A stretch of 64,000 nucleotides of DNA from assembly GCA_041484255.1 (NCBI GenBank), contig JBGPHE010000001.1:6240-70239 (forward strand). The letters run 5' to 3'. Source of the stretch: Candidatus Nanoarchaeia archaeon (lineage in GTDB: Archaea; Nanobdellota; Nanobdellia; Woesearchaeales; ARS49). The first letter of the stretch is position 1, and each line of letters starts with the position of its first letter. A program made the translations under genes and the position numbers. Positions 30,201 through 42,700 of the stretch are shown in pieces. The notes beneath the pieces are model-generated. The model ran no database searches. It was not told the DNA's origin and was given only the letters and a program-made list of their open reading frames with translations.

Positions 30201-33200
30201 CACACCATCACGTACAATGCCAACGGAAGCGGCGCCCTGAGCGATTTCGGAATCAATGTCACGCGCTCATCCAACCTGACCATCACTGACTGCATCGTCC
30301 GCAACGGCAACCTGTCGAGCACCATCGGCGACGCGATGAGCGTGTTCTTCACGAATTACAGCACCTTCAACAACATCTCGCTTGCGGACAACGGCTCCAA
30401 CATCGGGCTGTTCATCATGACGTCGCACAATAACACGTTCGGAAACGATACTGTCCTGACAGGATCTGTTGAGCTGAACGCCATCGCGGAGAACAACTTC
30501 ACCGGCAATGCGTTCAATGGCTCCATTGACAATAGCAACAGCAGGCGGGACATCTTCACGTTCAACACGATGAACGCATCCGTCTCCCTCCAGTCAGGCG
30601 ACGCACGCCTGCGCTTCAACAACATCACCGTCTCCGGCGCGGGTCCGGGCATCAACACCGATCCCGCCGGACCGTTCGAGTTCACCGGCAACCGCGTCGA
30701 GGTGAACGGCGTGAACCCGACCGCGTTCCGCCTTGCCGCGAGCAACGGCAACTTCACCAACAACACGTTCCTTGCGAACGCGTCCGGCACGTCTGTCGCA
30801 ATCAGCATCGAGGCGAGCTCGTCAGGGAACTTCACCGGCAACAATTTCACCGCGCGCGGGACCGCCTCGACCGCGATCCGCTGGCAGTTCTCAGTCCCCA
30901 ACACGACGAGCTTCAGGGACACCGTCATCTCTTCAGACGCAAGCTGGATTGACATGAATCCGAGCGGCGCGGTCACGCCGTCCATCAATTACACGAACAC
31001 GACGTTCGTTTCGGGCAACGGCAGCATTAACATCATCGGCTTCGCGCAGCTGAACAACACCCAGAACGTCACGCTTGCCCGGCTCAATATCTCATCCAAC
31101 CGCGCGTTCCTGAACACTACGAACATCTCCGCATTCAACCAGACCGCAGTCATCGCGCTGACCGGCATCGGCTTCACTGACCCGAAGCCACAGGTCGCCT
31201 TTGTGGATGGCGGCGCGTTCTCGGACTGCTCGCCGACCGCGAACCCATTCTGCACTGAGATAAGTTATACGGGCGGCGTGTTCACGTTCAACACGTCGCA
31301 CTTTACCAGCTTTGACAGCGCGGAAAGCACCGTGACAAACTGCACGCTCGGACCTGTGCTGGTCAACAGCAGCCTCACGCTCGCGCAGGACCTTACCGGC
31401 AACGGCACCTGCCTCATCGCGAACACGAACAACATCGCCATTGACTGCGCAGGATTCGCCATCAACTTCGACCGCGGCGGAGGATTCGGCCCCATATTCG
31501 GCATCGCCGCGCAGAGAAAGACGAACATCAGCATCACCAGCTGCATCATCAGAAGCATCAACGCTTCGGGCCAGAACGGATACTCCATCAACTTCTCGAA
31601 CGTAACACAGTCGGTCATCACCAACAACACGCTCATCGCGAACGGGTCGAACTCGATCGGCATCTACATCGGGGTGAGCTCAGTCGGCGTCAATGTCACC
31701 AACAACACCATCGGCGCATCGCCTATCGGGTTCGTGGTCGGCGTCTCTATCGACAACTCGTCGTTCATCAACGTCAGGAACAGCATACTTATCGCCAACA
31801 GCAGCACCGGCCCTGCCGAGGGCATCCAAGCGACCTCCAACGCGCAATTCATCGCGGTGAGCAACAACAGCATCCGCGTGCTGCAGACTTCAGGCTCCCA
31901 GCCGACAGGATTTGTCATCAATGGCGGCAACGCCACATTCGCAGGCAATACTGTTGTAGTAAATCTGTCCGACACGAGCGACGCGACGGGAATCAGCGTG
32001 GGCGGCGGCGCGGACTTCGTGGTCGAGAACAACACCATTATCCTCGCAATCAACACGACAGACACCATCAACACCAAGCGGGCGTTCCAGCTCGCGTCGC
32101 TGAGCAACGCGGTCGTACGCAACAACACAATCGTCCTGCTTGGCTCTGCCAAGTTCTTCATGGGCATGCTGCTCTCCATCCTGAGCAACGTGACCATCGC
32201 GAATACGAACATCACGTCATTGGCAGAGACGAACACTTCGCTGATAGTCATCGACGGCGTCTTTGGCACAACAACCGTGACGCTGACGAACACAACCCTT
32301 TCCGCGCTCAATGACCCTTGGATCCAGCAAGAAGGAACCGCCGCAACCTCCTCGAACTTCACCAACACAACATTCATCGCGCAGAACGGCTCGGTCCAGT
32401 TCCCTGGATTGGTCCAGATAAACGGCACCAACAACGTGAGCGCGCAGCGGCTCAATATCACCGCGAACCTCGCCTTCCTCAACAGCACCAACCTGACGTT
32501 CCTCAACCAGACTGCAATCATCGCGCTGAAAGGCATCGTATCGGTCAGCCCGAAAGCGCAGGTCGCGTTCGTTGACGGCGGCGCATTCAGCGACTGCATC
32601 AGCACGGCGAACCCGTTCTGCACCAACCTCAGCTACGCAGGGGGCGTCTTCACGTTCAACACGTCGCACTTCACCAGCTACCAGAGCGCGGAGAGCGGGA
32701 CGAACATCACCGGATGCCCCATCACCATTAATGTGAGCACGACGCTGACGCAGAACTTGCAAAGCAACAGCAGCTGCATCACGTTCGGCAATGACAGCAT
32801 CGCGCTCGACTGCGGCGGATTCGCCCTCAACGGCACGCAGAACGGCACCGGCATCAATGCGACCGCAAGGAACAACATCTCCATCGTCAACTGCTTCGTC
32901 AATAACTTCACGCAGGATATCGTGCTCGACCGCGTCAACAACAGCGTGATGCGCAATGACACCGCGCGCAGCGCGGCGCAGGAAGGCGTCCTGCTCTACT
33001 CGGCCGTCAACGACCTCCTCGTGAACGTCTCGGGCGAGGGCGCGGTCAACCGGGACGGAATCCAGCTGGTCAATTCCACCACTGCAGGCACCAACAACAC
33101 GCTCATCGGCGTGAACGGCACGAGCAACAGCTCGTCAGGCGTGGGGCTGAATATCCAAATTGACAATACGACCGTCAATGACAGCAGGGGCGTAAGCCTC

Positions 33201-36200
33201 AACCACCGCGGCATCCAAATCCTCAGTTCGGGCAACCGCGCGACCAACCTCACCGGCATCGGCGTAGACGTCGGAATGCTGGTCACCACCGGCAGCTTCA
33301 ACAACGTGACGGGAAGCACCGGCATCGGCGTCCCCGGCCTCTCATTCAGCAGCGCAAGGAGCACGTACGCCAACAACCTCGGCATCAGCACGAATGGCAT
33401 CGCAATCAGCGTCGCGGGCGGCAACCTCACGCTCGTCAATAACACTGGCAGGAGCAATGCGACCTCAGGCATCAGAATCGACGGGGCAGACTTTAACCTG
33501 ACCGGCAACACCGGCGTCAGCAACACATCGGTCGGCATCCACTCGCCATTGAGTTTCGTCAACAGCATCGTTGTGGGCAACAACGGAACCGGTCCCGCCG
33601 GCATCTCCATCGGCGCAGGCGGCGGCGCGTTCAATGACACGTTCCTCAATAACGTCGGAACGGGCGTTGCAAGCGTGGGATTCGCGATCGGCGGCGACAA
33701 TCAGACTGCCATCAACAACACCGGAACAAGCAACGGCTCGTTCGGCATGCAATTCCTTACCGGCGGCGATAACCTTGCAGTGAACAACACAGGAATCAGT
33801 ACGGCAAGCAGCGGTATCGACGTGCGCGTCTACAGCAGGTCGCGGTTCCTGAATAATACCGCCAGCAGCGGGAGCGCCACGGCACTGGCAATCCTGGTCT
33901 TAAGCACTAATAACACCTTTGCCAACACCACACTCTTCACCAATGCGACTTGGATTATTACCGACGGGACAAGCCCCGACAACAACATCACGAACACGCT
34001 CTTCCAGGGCAGCGCAGGCAGCATCCGCGTCTTCGGCCTCGCGAACATCCCGGGAAGCGCCAACGTGAGCATTGCGCGGCTGAACACGAGCGCGAACCGC
34101 GCGTTCCTGAACAGCACGAACCTGACGTTCCTCAACCAGACCGGACAAGTCACGTTCACCGGCGCGACGAGCAACCAGGTGCTGGTGGACTTTGACGACG
34201 ACAACTCGTTCTCGTTCTGCGACGCGAGCATCTGTTCAGTCGTCAGCTTCGCGGGCGGCACGCTGGTTGTCAATGTCACGCACTTCACGACGTTCTCGTC
34301 GACCACCGGCAACTCGAACATCACGCTGACCAAGACCGACTCGCCCGACCCGGTCAATGCCAGCAGTAATCTGAGCTACCAGATTTCGGTCAATGTCACG
34401 TCCGACAGCCCGAGTAATATTACGCTGACCGACCAATACCCTGCGCAAGTCATCTTCCTCACGGCGCAGCCGTCGCCCATCGGCGGAACGAACAATACGT
34501 TCATTGTCGGCAATCTGACCGCGAATATGTCGTTCACGGTAAACGTCACCGTGCTCGTGCTGAACATCACCAACGGCACCGTCATCAACAACACTGCAAA
34601 CATCTCGTTCCAGAACAGCACGGGCAGCGTCATCGCGCTGAGCGTGACCGAGAACACCACCGTCAGCAATCCGCCGCAGATTAACGACAGCACGATCAGC
34701 GTGACCAAGACCGACACCCCCGACCCGGTCGAGAACGGCACGCAGCTCAACTATACTATCACGGTGACGGTCATCAGCGGCGTTTCCGCGTTCAATGTCA
34801 CGGTCAATGACACGTATCCGTCGCAGGTCATCTTCAACAGCGGCCAGCCGTCTCCGGTGCCGGGAACGAACACCACGTTCATCCTCGGCAACCTGTCTGC
34901 GGGCGCGGTCGTCGTGCTCAATATCACTGTGAATGTCTCGGCAGGCGTCATCAACGGCACCGTCATCAACAACACCGTCAATGTCACATTCCAGAACACG
35001 ACCGGCGGCCTGCTGAGCGCGCTCGCGAACGCGAGTACGACTGTGCAGAACGTGACGGTCAATGTCACAACGTTGTTCAACCTGAGCAACATCAGTGTCA
35101 TCAAGACCGACACGCCCGACCCGGTGACTGCAGGCGACATACTGACCTACCAAATCAATGTCACGAGTAACGGCAACGGCACCGCGTTCAACGTGATTGT
35201 CAATGACACGTACCCTGCGGAAGTTATCGCGTTCATGTCCTCCCCTCCGCTCGTTCCGGGAACGAACAACACGTACACGCTCGGCAACCTGACGCCCGGC
35301 ACGCTCTTCACCATCAACTTCAGCGTCGCGGTCAGGAACATCACGAACGGCACGGTCATCAACAACACCGTCAATGTCACGTTCCAGAACGAGACCGGTG
35401 GATTGTTCAGCAGAGTCACCACGCAGAACACCACCGTCCTGAACCCGCCAGTCTTCAACCTCAGCAATGTCAGCGTGACGAAGAGCGACACGCCCGACCC
35501 GGTCGAGAACGGCACGCAGCTCAACTATACTATTACGGTCACGAGCACGGGCAACGGCACGGCGTTCAATACAACCGTCATCGACACGTACCCTGCTGAA
35601 GTCGTCTTTAACACCGCCCAGCCGACGCCGAGTTCGGGCAATAACACGTTCATCATCGGCAACTTGACCGCGGGAACGGTTGTCGTGCTGAACATCACGG
35701 TCAATGTGACGCAGGTCGCAAACGGAACCGTCATCAACAACACCGTCAATGTCACGTTCCAGAACGAGTCGAGTGACTTGCTGAGCGCGCTTGCGAACAC
35801 GAGCACGCTGGTGCAGAACGTCACGCCGACGCCCACGCCTCCGACGCCGCAAGGCAGCAGCGGCGGAAGCGGTGGCGGCGGAGGATTCAGCATCAGACGC
35901 AATGAGACTGTCGCGGCAGGAGTTCCCGCCCCGTCAGGACCGTGCGTCGAAAGCTGGGCGTGCGAGCAGTGGGGCCAGTGCCAGGACGCCAGCCAGGCAA
36001 GAATCTGCGTCGACTTGAGCCAGTGCGGCACGGCGACATTGAAGCCGGCGACCGAGCAGCGCTGCGCGATTACGCCGCTGCGCGAGCAGCCGATACCTGT
36101 GGAGCCTGAACAGCCTGCGCCCGTGCAAGTGAGCGCGCCCGTTCCGGTTGTTGTGCAGGAGAAATCAAAGAGCTGGACGCTTGTAGGCATCCTGCCGGTC

Positions 36201-36731
36201 GCGATTGACGTATTGCTCATCCTCTTCGCGCTTATCGCAATGACGCACATGCTGCGTTACCGCAGCGATCGCGCGAGCGGGCACTGGCTGGCGGCAGTGG
36301 ACATCATCGGAGGAATCACACTCATCGCGCTTGTCGCACACTACATCATCAGCAGGGCATTCCTGCCGGTCGAGTACATCACCTTTGTCGTATTGCTGCT
36401 GTTTGTCGCAGTGCTGCGGCTTGCCGAGCGCGGCAGGGACTTCGGAGGAGCGCCGCGCGTTCCGCGCATCCCTGCATTGCCTGATGCGCCTGAGGAAATA
36501 GTCCTTGAAGACGAGCCCGCGCCGAAGAAAGCAGCAATCAAGGCTCCGAAGGCAGAGCACAAGCACGCGGGCCCGAAGAAGCCCTTGTTCAGCTTCTTCC
36601 AGCCCAAACCGAAGGTCGAGGACGACATGAAGGACGTCTTTGACTCGCTCGACCGCATCAGCACGCTGCTGGAGAGGAACAAAGTCACGATCAGAGCTCC
36701 GAAAAAGAAGAGCCGGGTGAGAAAAAAGTAA
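27225..36731 (+). CDS. Surface protein 2 (3168 aa): propeptide and S8 subtilisin, four beta-helix/HFT blocks, 4 DUF11-like, TSP1-like, about 3 TM
   Basis: Intact triad IIDTG / GHGTHVSG / GTSMATPHV; repeated GI...NNTI beta-helix pattern; TKTDxPDPV repeats. Confidence 0.9.
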   Translation: MSGNAQKRTVMLLVLALGLLGVGTMIFGSTHSPAALTGLVTDNASVQPEAPAEQQPIPELQAEATPEPSFSTEAAAPRLVDPAVERALAENGTADIIIILKEDAASLFETETSQADALAQRKASVAAVRTAFAAEMGGGFGTASNAFEVTREYDTLNAIAATITSVGLEILKTRQSVEQIVLDRRLTVDLTVSVPLIDADDVWNLTVNGSNLTGKGEVICIIDTGIDATHVAFTNKILPGQDYVNEDSNPADDAGHGTHVSGIAAGNSSPVLGVAKDAKILPVKVCDSGGTCQDTDILAGIDFCNNNSATYNISAISGSLGDNSQYNSTTCPTTYDSIFATSNSLGLIPVFASGNNAFTNGISHPACSPYAISVGSTTKADAMSSFTNRGGDRLDVLAPGSSIVSALITGGTVSASGTSMATPHVSGAIALIQQNQRALNRAIVNITDMRTLLQQTGVNVTSWQRIDVYNAIAKLNQNYTINITDNSIANGTTRGAKVRFSNFTDMSRFVDCGVVRPNFVGIDSAACPQLNKSAHITFANITGIGARPLRNGVPCPPSICQNFTFGNGTVDFDVTEFSNYSSFNLTNLTGCANVNVSSVLTQNVSSTSNCINITGNNVILFCNGFTIAFDTAGGGLDNGIRANQRRNITVDSCIIRDTNAGGAGAVGIVVNGTNNSIFINNFIQVNGTANNNGFILDLFANNVTIANNTVNSRGTLAFDFPIQVRNPVSNITIANNTLVTVGLGNSEWGIDDSGLQDTVVTNNIIIALSDGGLNFGFRVNAVPLNLQVSDNNISVNGSGSYALVFPDSLGSTPNTTFSNNVLGTTSGWITVGAFARVNITNTTFRMPNGSITIPGTVQLNESTDVLISKLNISANQAYLNSTNLTALNTTAIIALNSVGFNDPKPQFRFGETGAFTDCTPTVNPFCTELGFSGGVFTFNVSHFTGYISAEGGSVNLTGCATVNASTVLTQNIASNDTCLFTNASNIVISCAGHTITYNANGSGALSDFGINVTRSSNLTITDCIVRNGNLSSTIGDAMSVFFTNYSTFNNISLADNGSNIGLFIMTSHNNTFGNDTVLTGSVELNAIAENNFTGNAFNGSIDNSNSRRDIFTFNTMNASVSLQSGDARLRFNNITVSGAGPGINTDPAGPFEFTGNRVEVNGVNPTAFRLAASNGNFTNNTFLANASGTSVAISIEASSSGNFTGNNFTARGTASTAIRWQFSVPNTTSFRDTVISSDASWIDMNPSGAVTPSINYTNTTFVSGNGSINIIGFAQLNNTQNVTLARLNISSNRAFLNTTNISAFNQTAVIALTGIGFTDPKPQVAFVDGGAFSDCSPTANPFCTEISYTGGVFTFNTSHFTSFDSAESTVTNCTLGPVLVNSSLTLAQDLTGNGTCLIANTNNIAIDCAGFAINFDRGGGFGPIFGIAAQRKTNISITSCIIRSINASGQNGYSINFSNVTQSVITNNTLIANGSNSIGIYIGVSSVGVNVTNNTIGASPIGFVVGVSIDNSSFINVRNSILIANSSTGPAEGIQATSNAQFIAVSNNSIRVLQTSGSQPTGFVINGGNATFAGNTVVVNLSDTSDATGISVGGGADFVVENNTIILAINTTDTINTKRAFQLASLSNAVVRNNTIVLLGSAKFFMGMLLSILSNVTIANTNITSLAETNTSLIVIDGVFGTTTVTLTNTTLSALNDPWIQQEGTAATSSNFTNTTFIAQNGSVQFPGLVQINGTNNVSAQRLNITANLAFLNSTNLTFLNQTAIIALKGIVSVSPKAQVAFVDGGAFSDCISTANPFCTNLSYAGGVFTFNTSHFTSYQSAESGTNITGCPITINVSTTLTQNLQSNSSCITFGNDSIALDCGGFALNGTQNGTGINATARNNISIVNCFVNNFTQDIVLDRVNNSVMRNDTARSAAQEGVLLYSAVNDLLVNVSGEGAVNRDGIQLVNSTTAGTNNTLIGVNGTSNSSSGVGLNIQIDNTTVNDSRGVSLNHRGIQILSSGNRATNLTGIGVDVGMLVTTGSFNNVTGSTGIGVPGLSFSSARSTYANNLGISTNGIAISVAGGNLTLVNNTGRSNATSGIRIDGADFNLTGNTGVSNTSVGIHSPLSFVNSIVVGNNGTGPAGISIGAGGGAFNDTFLNNVGTGVASVGFAIGGDNQTAINNTGTSNGSFGMQFLTGGDNLAVNNTGISTASSGIDVRVYSRSRFLNNTASSGSATALAILVLSTNNTFANTTLFTNATWIITDGTSPDNNITNTLFQGSAGSIRVFGLANIPGSANVSIARLNTSANRAFLNSTNLTFLNQTGQVTFTGATSNQVLVDFDDDNSFSFCDASICSVVSFAGGTLVVNVTHFTTFSSTTGNSNITLTKTDSPDPVNASSNLSYQISVNVTSDSPSNITLTDQYPAQVIFLTAQPSPIGGTNNTFIVGNLTANMSFTVNVTVLVLNITNGTVINNTANISFQNSTGSVIALSVTENTTVSNPPQINDSTISVTKTDTPDPVENGTQLNYTITVTVISGVSAFNVTVNDTYPSQVIFNSGQPSPVPGTNTTFILGNLSAGAVVVLNITVNVSAGVINGTVINNTVNVTFQNTTGGLLSALANASTTVQNVTVNVTTLFNLSNISVIKTDTPDPVTAGDILTYQINVTSNGNGTAFNVIVNDTYPAEVIAFMSSPPLVPGTNNTYTLGNLTPGTLFTINFSVAVRNITNGTVINNTVNVTFQNETGGLFSRVTTQNTTVLNPPVFNLSNVSVTKSDTPDPVENGTQLNYTITVTSTGNGTAFNTTVIDTYPAEVVFNTAQPTPSSGNNTFIIGNLTAGTVVVLNITVNVTQVANGTVINNTVNVTFQNESSDLLSALANTSTLVQNVTPTPTPPTPQGSSGGSGGGGGFSIRRNETVAAGVPAPSGPCVESWACEQWGQCQDASQARICVDLSQCGTATLKPATEQRCAITPLREQPIPVEPEQPAPVQVSAPVPVVVQEKSKSWTLVGILPVAIDVLLILFALIAMTHMLRYRSDRASGHWLAAVDIIGGITLIALVAHYIISRAFLPVEYITFVVLLLFVAVLRLAERGRDFGGAPRVPRIPALPDAPEEIVLEDEPAPKKAAIKAPKAEHKHAGPKKPLFSFFQPKPKVEDDMKDVFDSLDRISTLLERNKVTIRAPKKKSRVRKK

Positions 36732-36738
36732 TCAATTG

Positions 36739-39700
36739 ATGGGGGACATGGGCAGAAACAGACGAGGGGTGGTGTCTGAACGGACGCTTATTGGCATTGT
36801 GCTACTTGCAGGGCTGCTCGGCATCGGCGTGATGCTCTGGGCGACGGGAATCGTCTCCTTTGCGCAGCAGCACGGCGTCACCGGCAGCGCGGTCGCGTCC
36901 ATCACCGGCCTCGCAGCGGATGATCTCGAAACGCAGCCGTCATTCACGGCCACGCCCGCTCCGAACACGGCGCCTATCTATAGAGGCCCTGCCAGCTTCA
37001 GCACGCCGCAGGACACAGCACTCACGATTGACTTGTCGCAGTACTTCTCCGATGCGGAAAACGACGAACTCACCTTCATCGCGTCGTCCGAAGACGTCAT
37101 CGCAGTCGCCATCGACGGCAACGCGCTCACGCTGACGCCTGCGGCAGGCTTCGCGGGCGAGCGTTCGCTGACCGTCATCGCGTCAGACGGCGTCAACCTC
37201 GCGCGCACGCCGGTCAAGATTGTCGTGGAAGGCACGCAGGCCACGCCGCCTGCACCGCAGCAGGAAGCTCCTGCGCCTGTGGAGCAGCCGCCCGCGACCA
37301 ACGAGTCCGCAGCGAACGAGACGCCGTTCAATACGCAGGAAGAAGAATTCACCAATCCTGTATTCAACACGCAAGTCACGAGCATCAGCGCCTGCACGAA
37401 CATCAGCACGCCGGGCGAGTACGCGCTCAGCACCGACCTCTCGCGGAACATCACCTGCATCGTCATCCAGACAGACAACGTGAGCTTCAGCTGCGCAGGC
37501 CACACTATCACCTGGGACACGCAAGGTCTGCGAAACATCTCAGGCTTCACGAGCTTCATCTCCGCGATCAACATCAACAAATCAGGCAGGACGCTCTTCA
37601 ATGTCACAGTCAGGGACTGCCGCCTGATCGACGGCACTGTCGGCGGATTCAACGACCACGCGATCGTGCTGCAGGACACGAACGATTCGCTCATTTTCAA
37701 CAACACCCTCGTTGCATCCGGCGAGACGTCGCTGGGAATTGAGATTGTTCGGACGGGAAACATCAACATCTCAAGCAACCGCATCAATGCGTCGTCGTTC
37801 GGAGGCGCTCAGGCGATCGCCAACGCGATCCAGTTCAATCTTTTCAGCAATAATGTCAGCATCTCCGACAATGACATCCGCGGATTCCTTTCCGGCAGCG
37901 GAATCAGGACGGTCGGCGTGATGGTTGACGCGACCTCGAATCCCCACGATGTGGAAGTCGTCGGGAACAGTATCACCGTCAACTCGACCGGTGGAAGCGC
38001 AACCTCAACAGGGATGAACGGCGTCACCGGCTTCGGCACATTCCTCAACGCGACCAACAATGACGTGCAGGCGTTCGGCTCAGGACCGAGCGGCGTGCTG
38101 GCAAATGGGGCGTTCTTCAACCGCATCCTCGCGCGGGGTTCCACCGCAGAGGGTCTGCGTGTCGGAGAGCTTGCAGACTCCAATAATATCACTGTGAATG
38201 GCAGCACCACTGGCGCGCTCGTGGGGTTTAACGGCAACTCGACATACAGCAACAACCGGCTCATCGCGACCGGCAGCTGGATATATACTTCCTTGAACGG
38301 GAACACTACTTTCATCAACACCACGTTTGTCAACGCAAATGGCACCCTCCTGTTCTACAATTTCTACATTGATGATGTCGTCATTGTCCAGCAGAGCGAC
38401 CTCAATACCACCATCAACCACGCCTATGTGAACAGCGTCGACTTCCCGTTCCTGAACACGAGCGCGGAGATCTTCCTGCAAGGATTCAATCTCACGAACA
38501 ACAAGCCCGTGGTCGACTACACGGACACCAACCACTTCCAGGGCTGCCCGGACACCTGCACGCTGCTCGAGACGGGCGACAACTTCATCCGCTTCACCGT
38601 CACGCACTTCACGACCTACTCGTCTTCGGACCTGGTCCTGCTGCTCGAAAAGTCCGACAGCACCGACCCGGTGCGCATCGGCTCGCTGTTCAATTACAGC
38701 GTCGCCGTGAGCGTGCTGAACGGCAACGCGAACAATGTCACGCTCACCGACCTGTACCCGCTTGAAGTTGTCTTCAATTCCTCGCAGCCTGACCCGATCG
38801 ACGGCACGAACGACACGTTCATCCTGGGCAACCTGACCGAGAACACGACGTTCATAGTGAACATCACGGTGCAGTCGCTGACGAACGATTCAGGCATCGT
38901 CAACGTCACCAACGGCACCGTCATCAACAACACCGTGAACATCACGTTCCAGAACGACACGAGCGACGTGTTCACGCTGAACGACACCGAGGAGACGACG
39001 CTCGTTGAGGCGACCGAGAACTTCGAGCCGCTCTCGGACTGCGCAGTCATCAATACCAGCTCGTTCCTGACGACGAGCGTTTCGGGCACGGGCACGTGCA
39101 TCACCATCGGCAATAACAGCATCACGCTGGAATGCGCAGGGAACACGATAACGTATGCGACAACAGGCCCGGGAAGCGCTATTTTCGCGGAAGACAAGTA
39201 TAATTTCACGGTGCGGAACTGCACGCTCGTGCTCGGCGACCTCAACAGGCTCTCCCTGTATGACTCGCCAGCCATCAACGCGACGAACACCACGAGCGGA
39301 GTCAACAACCGTATCGACGGCTCCTCGTTCCGCCTGCTCAATTACTTCTACCAGGACGGTTTGCCGCAGCAGAACTGCGGCGACCTCTCATTGAATGACT
39401 CAGCCTTCACCGGCAACGCCACGTGCACGAACATCACCTTTGTTGCGCGGGCGCGTATCAGGGTGAACTCGACCGCGGTCTCCAACAACTCAATCGCGTT
39501 TATCACGGACAACTTCCTGCTCGGGGTGCGCGCGTTCATCAACGCGAACGGCACCGGATACCCTGGAGGCGCGGATGGTAATGCGAACGGCTCCGGCCCC
39601 GGAGGCGGCATCGACCCGGTCAGTATCAATCGCGGCGGCGGCGGCGCAGGACACGGCGGAATCGGCGGCCAGAGCAATGTGCCGCAGGGCGCAGGCGGAA

Positions 39701-42700
39701 GGCCGTACGGCAGCTCCCTGAGCCCGATGACGCCCGGCAGCGGCGGCGCAACCGGTGACGGCGGCACCCACACCGGCGGAAACGGCGGCGGCGCGGTCTC
39801 CATCTTCGGCCAGAACGTCGTGCTGAACGGTGTCATCAGTGCGAGCGCAGGCAATGGGTCTGACGGCACCAATTCCGGCGGCGGCGGCTCGGGAGGAAGC
39901 ATCCTCGTGGTCGCAAATACGCTCTTCGGAAACGGCAGCTTCACTGCGCGCGGCGGCTTCGGCGGCAATGACCAAAGCACAGGAATCCAGTCCGGCGGCT
40001 CGGGCTCGGGTGGCCACATCGCAGTGAAGTTCAACACGAGCACGATGAATATCACGAGCGCGCACGCGCCCGGAGCGGAGAACGTGACCGCATTGGTCAA
40101 TCTCGGACAGCCGGGAACGGTCGGTTTCCTGGACATGGACGACAGCATCCTGTCCATCACTGAAGGCTGGAGATGGTCCAGCGAGGACGCGGCAGTCTGG
40201 AACTACACCGTCATCAACCTCACGAACGCGTACACGCACACGAACGAGAGCACGGTGAACATCACCGCAGTCCTGATTGTCCTGCACAACGCGAGCATCA
40301 GCAAAGAGAACGTGACCACCGGCATCGACGTCAATGTCTCCCTCACCATAAGCGCGGAGAATTTCGTGATGGACCCCTCGGAGATTGACGGAGCAGTCAT
40401 CAATATCACCGCAGGGAACTTCACGCTGGGCGCAGACTCGCTCATCAATGCGACCGGCACGGGCTTTGAAGGCGGTTTCAATGGCAATTCGAATGGTTCC
40501 GGTCCCGGAGGCGGCATCGATCCGGTCAACTTCAACCGCGGCGGCGGTGGAGCGGGCCACGGCGGCATCGGCGGCCAGAGCAATGTCGTCCAGGGCGCGG
40601 GCGGCAGGCCGTACGGCAGCGCGCTCAACCCGTTCACCTTTGGAAGCGGCGGGGGAACCGGCGAAAGCGGCAACCACCCAGGCGGAAACGGAGGCGGCAT
40701 CGTCATTATCAGCGCGAGCCACATCATTCTCAATGGCACCATTAATGCAGACGGCGGCAATGGGTCTGACGGCACCAATTCCGGCGGAGGCGGCTCGGGC
40801 GGCTCCATCAATATCATCACCGATGCGCTTGAGGGCAGCGGCAACCTGAGCGCGCGCGGCGGCTATGGCGGATGGGACCAGAGCACAGGCATCCAAGCCG
40901 GCGGCTCGGGAGCGGGCGGCCACATCATCGCGCGGTTCAATGCCAGTACGTTCCCGGTGACCAACGCGCACGTCGAACAAACAGAGAACGTCTCCGGGCT
41001 GGGCTTCTTCAGCCAGCCGGGAACGCTCGGCTTCATCGACATCGACGACGACATCCTCACGATTGTAGAAGGCTGGCGATGGACAAGCGAGGACACGGAC
41101 GTCTGGAACTTCACCGTCATCAACCTGAGCAATGCGTACACGCGCACGAACGAAAGCGCCGTGAGCGTCGATGCGCTGCGGTTCACGCTGGAGAACTCGT
41201 CGATCACCCAGGAAAACCTGACCTTCGGCATCCACGTGAACACGACATTCAGCGTCAATGCGAGCGTGGTGCTGATGAACCGCTCGCTCATCGTCAACCT
41301 GACGGTTGTGAACATCACCGCGGCGGACGTCACCATCCTCGAAGACGCAGCCATCAACCTGACCGGCACGGGCTTTGAGGGTGGCTTCAACGGCAACTCC
41401 AACGGCTCAGGTCCCGGTGGAGGCATCGACCCGGTTAACTTCAACCGCGGCGGCGGTGGAGCGGGCCACGGAGGCATCGGCGGCCGGAGCAATGTCGTCC
41501 AGGGCGCAGGCGGCAGGCCGTATGGAAGCTCGCTCAACCCGCTCACCTTGGGCAGCGGCGGGGGAACCGGCGAAAACGGCAACCACCCTGCAGGAAACGG
41601 CGGCGGCCTCGCCATCATCAGCGGCACACGCGTGAATATCAGCGGAACGGTAAGCGTGGACGGCGGCAATGGAACTGACGGCACCGATTCCGGCGGCGGC
41701 GGCTCAGGAGGAAGCATTTTCATCACCGCAGACTCCTTTGACGGCACCGGCGGATTGCTCTCGAGCGGCGGCTTCGGCGGCTGGGACCAGAGCACAGGCA
41801 TCCAGTCCGGCGGTTCGGGCGCGGGCGGACACATCATCGCGCAGTTCAACACCAGCACGTTCCCCATCGCCAACGCGCACGTCACCGGAACGGAAAACGT
41901 CAGCGCGCTGGTCTTTTACAGCCAGCCCGGAACGCTCGGATTCATTGATATCGATGACGATACGCTCACGATTTCAGAAGGCTGGCGCTGGACAAGCGAG
42001 GACACAGACGTCTGGAACTTCACCGTCATCAATGTGACCGACGCGTTCACCCGTTCGAATGACAGCAGCGTGACTATCTCCTCAGGCACGCTCACGTTCA
42101 CCAATGCGTCGTTCACGCAGGAGAACCTGACGGTCGACTACCAGCTCAACCTGACGCTCAGCGCCGCCGCAGACACCATCGCGCTGAACAATTCGCTCAT
42201 CACCAACCTCACACAGGTGAACCTCAGCGCAGGCAACCTGAGCGTGCAGGATGATGCAGTCATCGCCGTCGTCGGGACAGGATTTGCCGGCGGCGCAATC
42301 AGCCAGAACGGTTCCGGACCGGGCGGTGGCGTCATCAATGACGGCTTCACGCGCGGCACCGGCGCAGCACACGGCGGCAAGGGAGGACAGCCGGCAGGAG
42401 GAATCATCACGGTCGCGCGCGGCCCGTACGGAAGCACACTGAATCCTGACACGCTCGGTTCGGGAGGCTCGGGAAGCGCGCAGACGCCCGGCGGCTCAGG
42501 CGGCGGCGTCATCTTCATCAGCGCGGCGCGCGCAAGCATCAACGGCACGCTCAACGCGGACGGCGCGAACGGCACGGACGGATCAAGCGTCAACACCGGC
42601 GGAGGAGGCTCGGGAGGCAGCATCGCCATCGTCGCAGGAATCTTTGAAGGCACCGGCACCATCACTGCCCGCGGAGGAAACGCAGGAACGTCGTTCTTCG

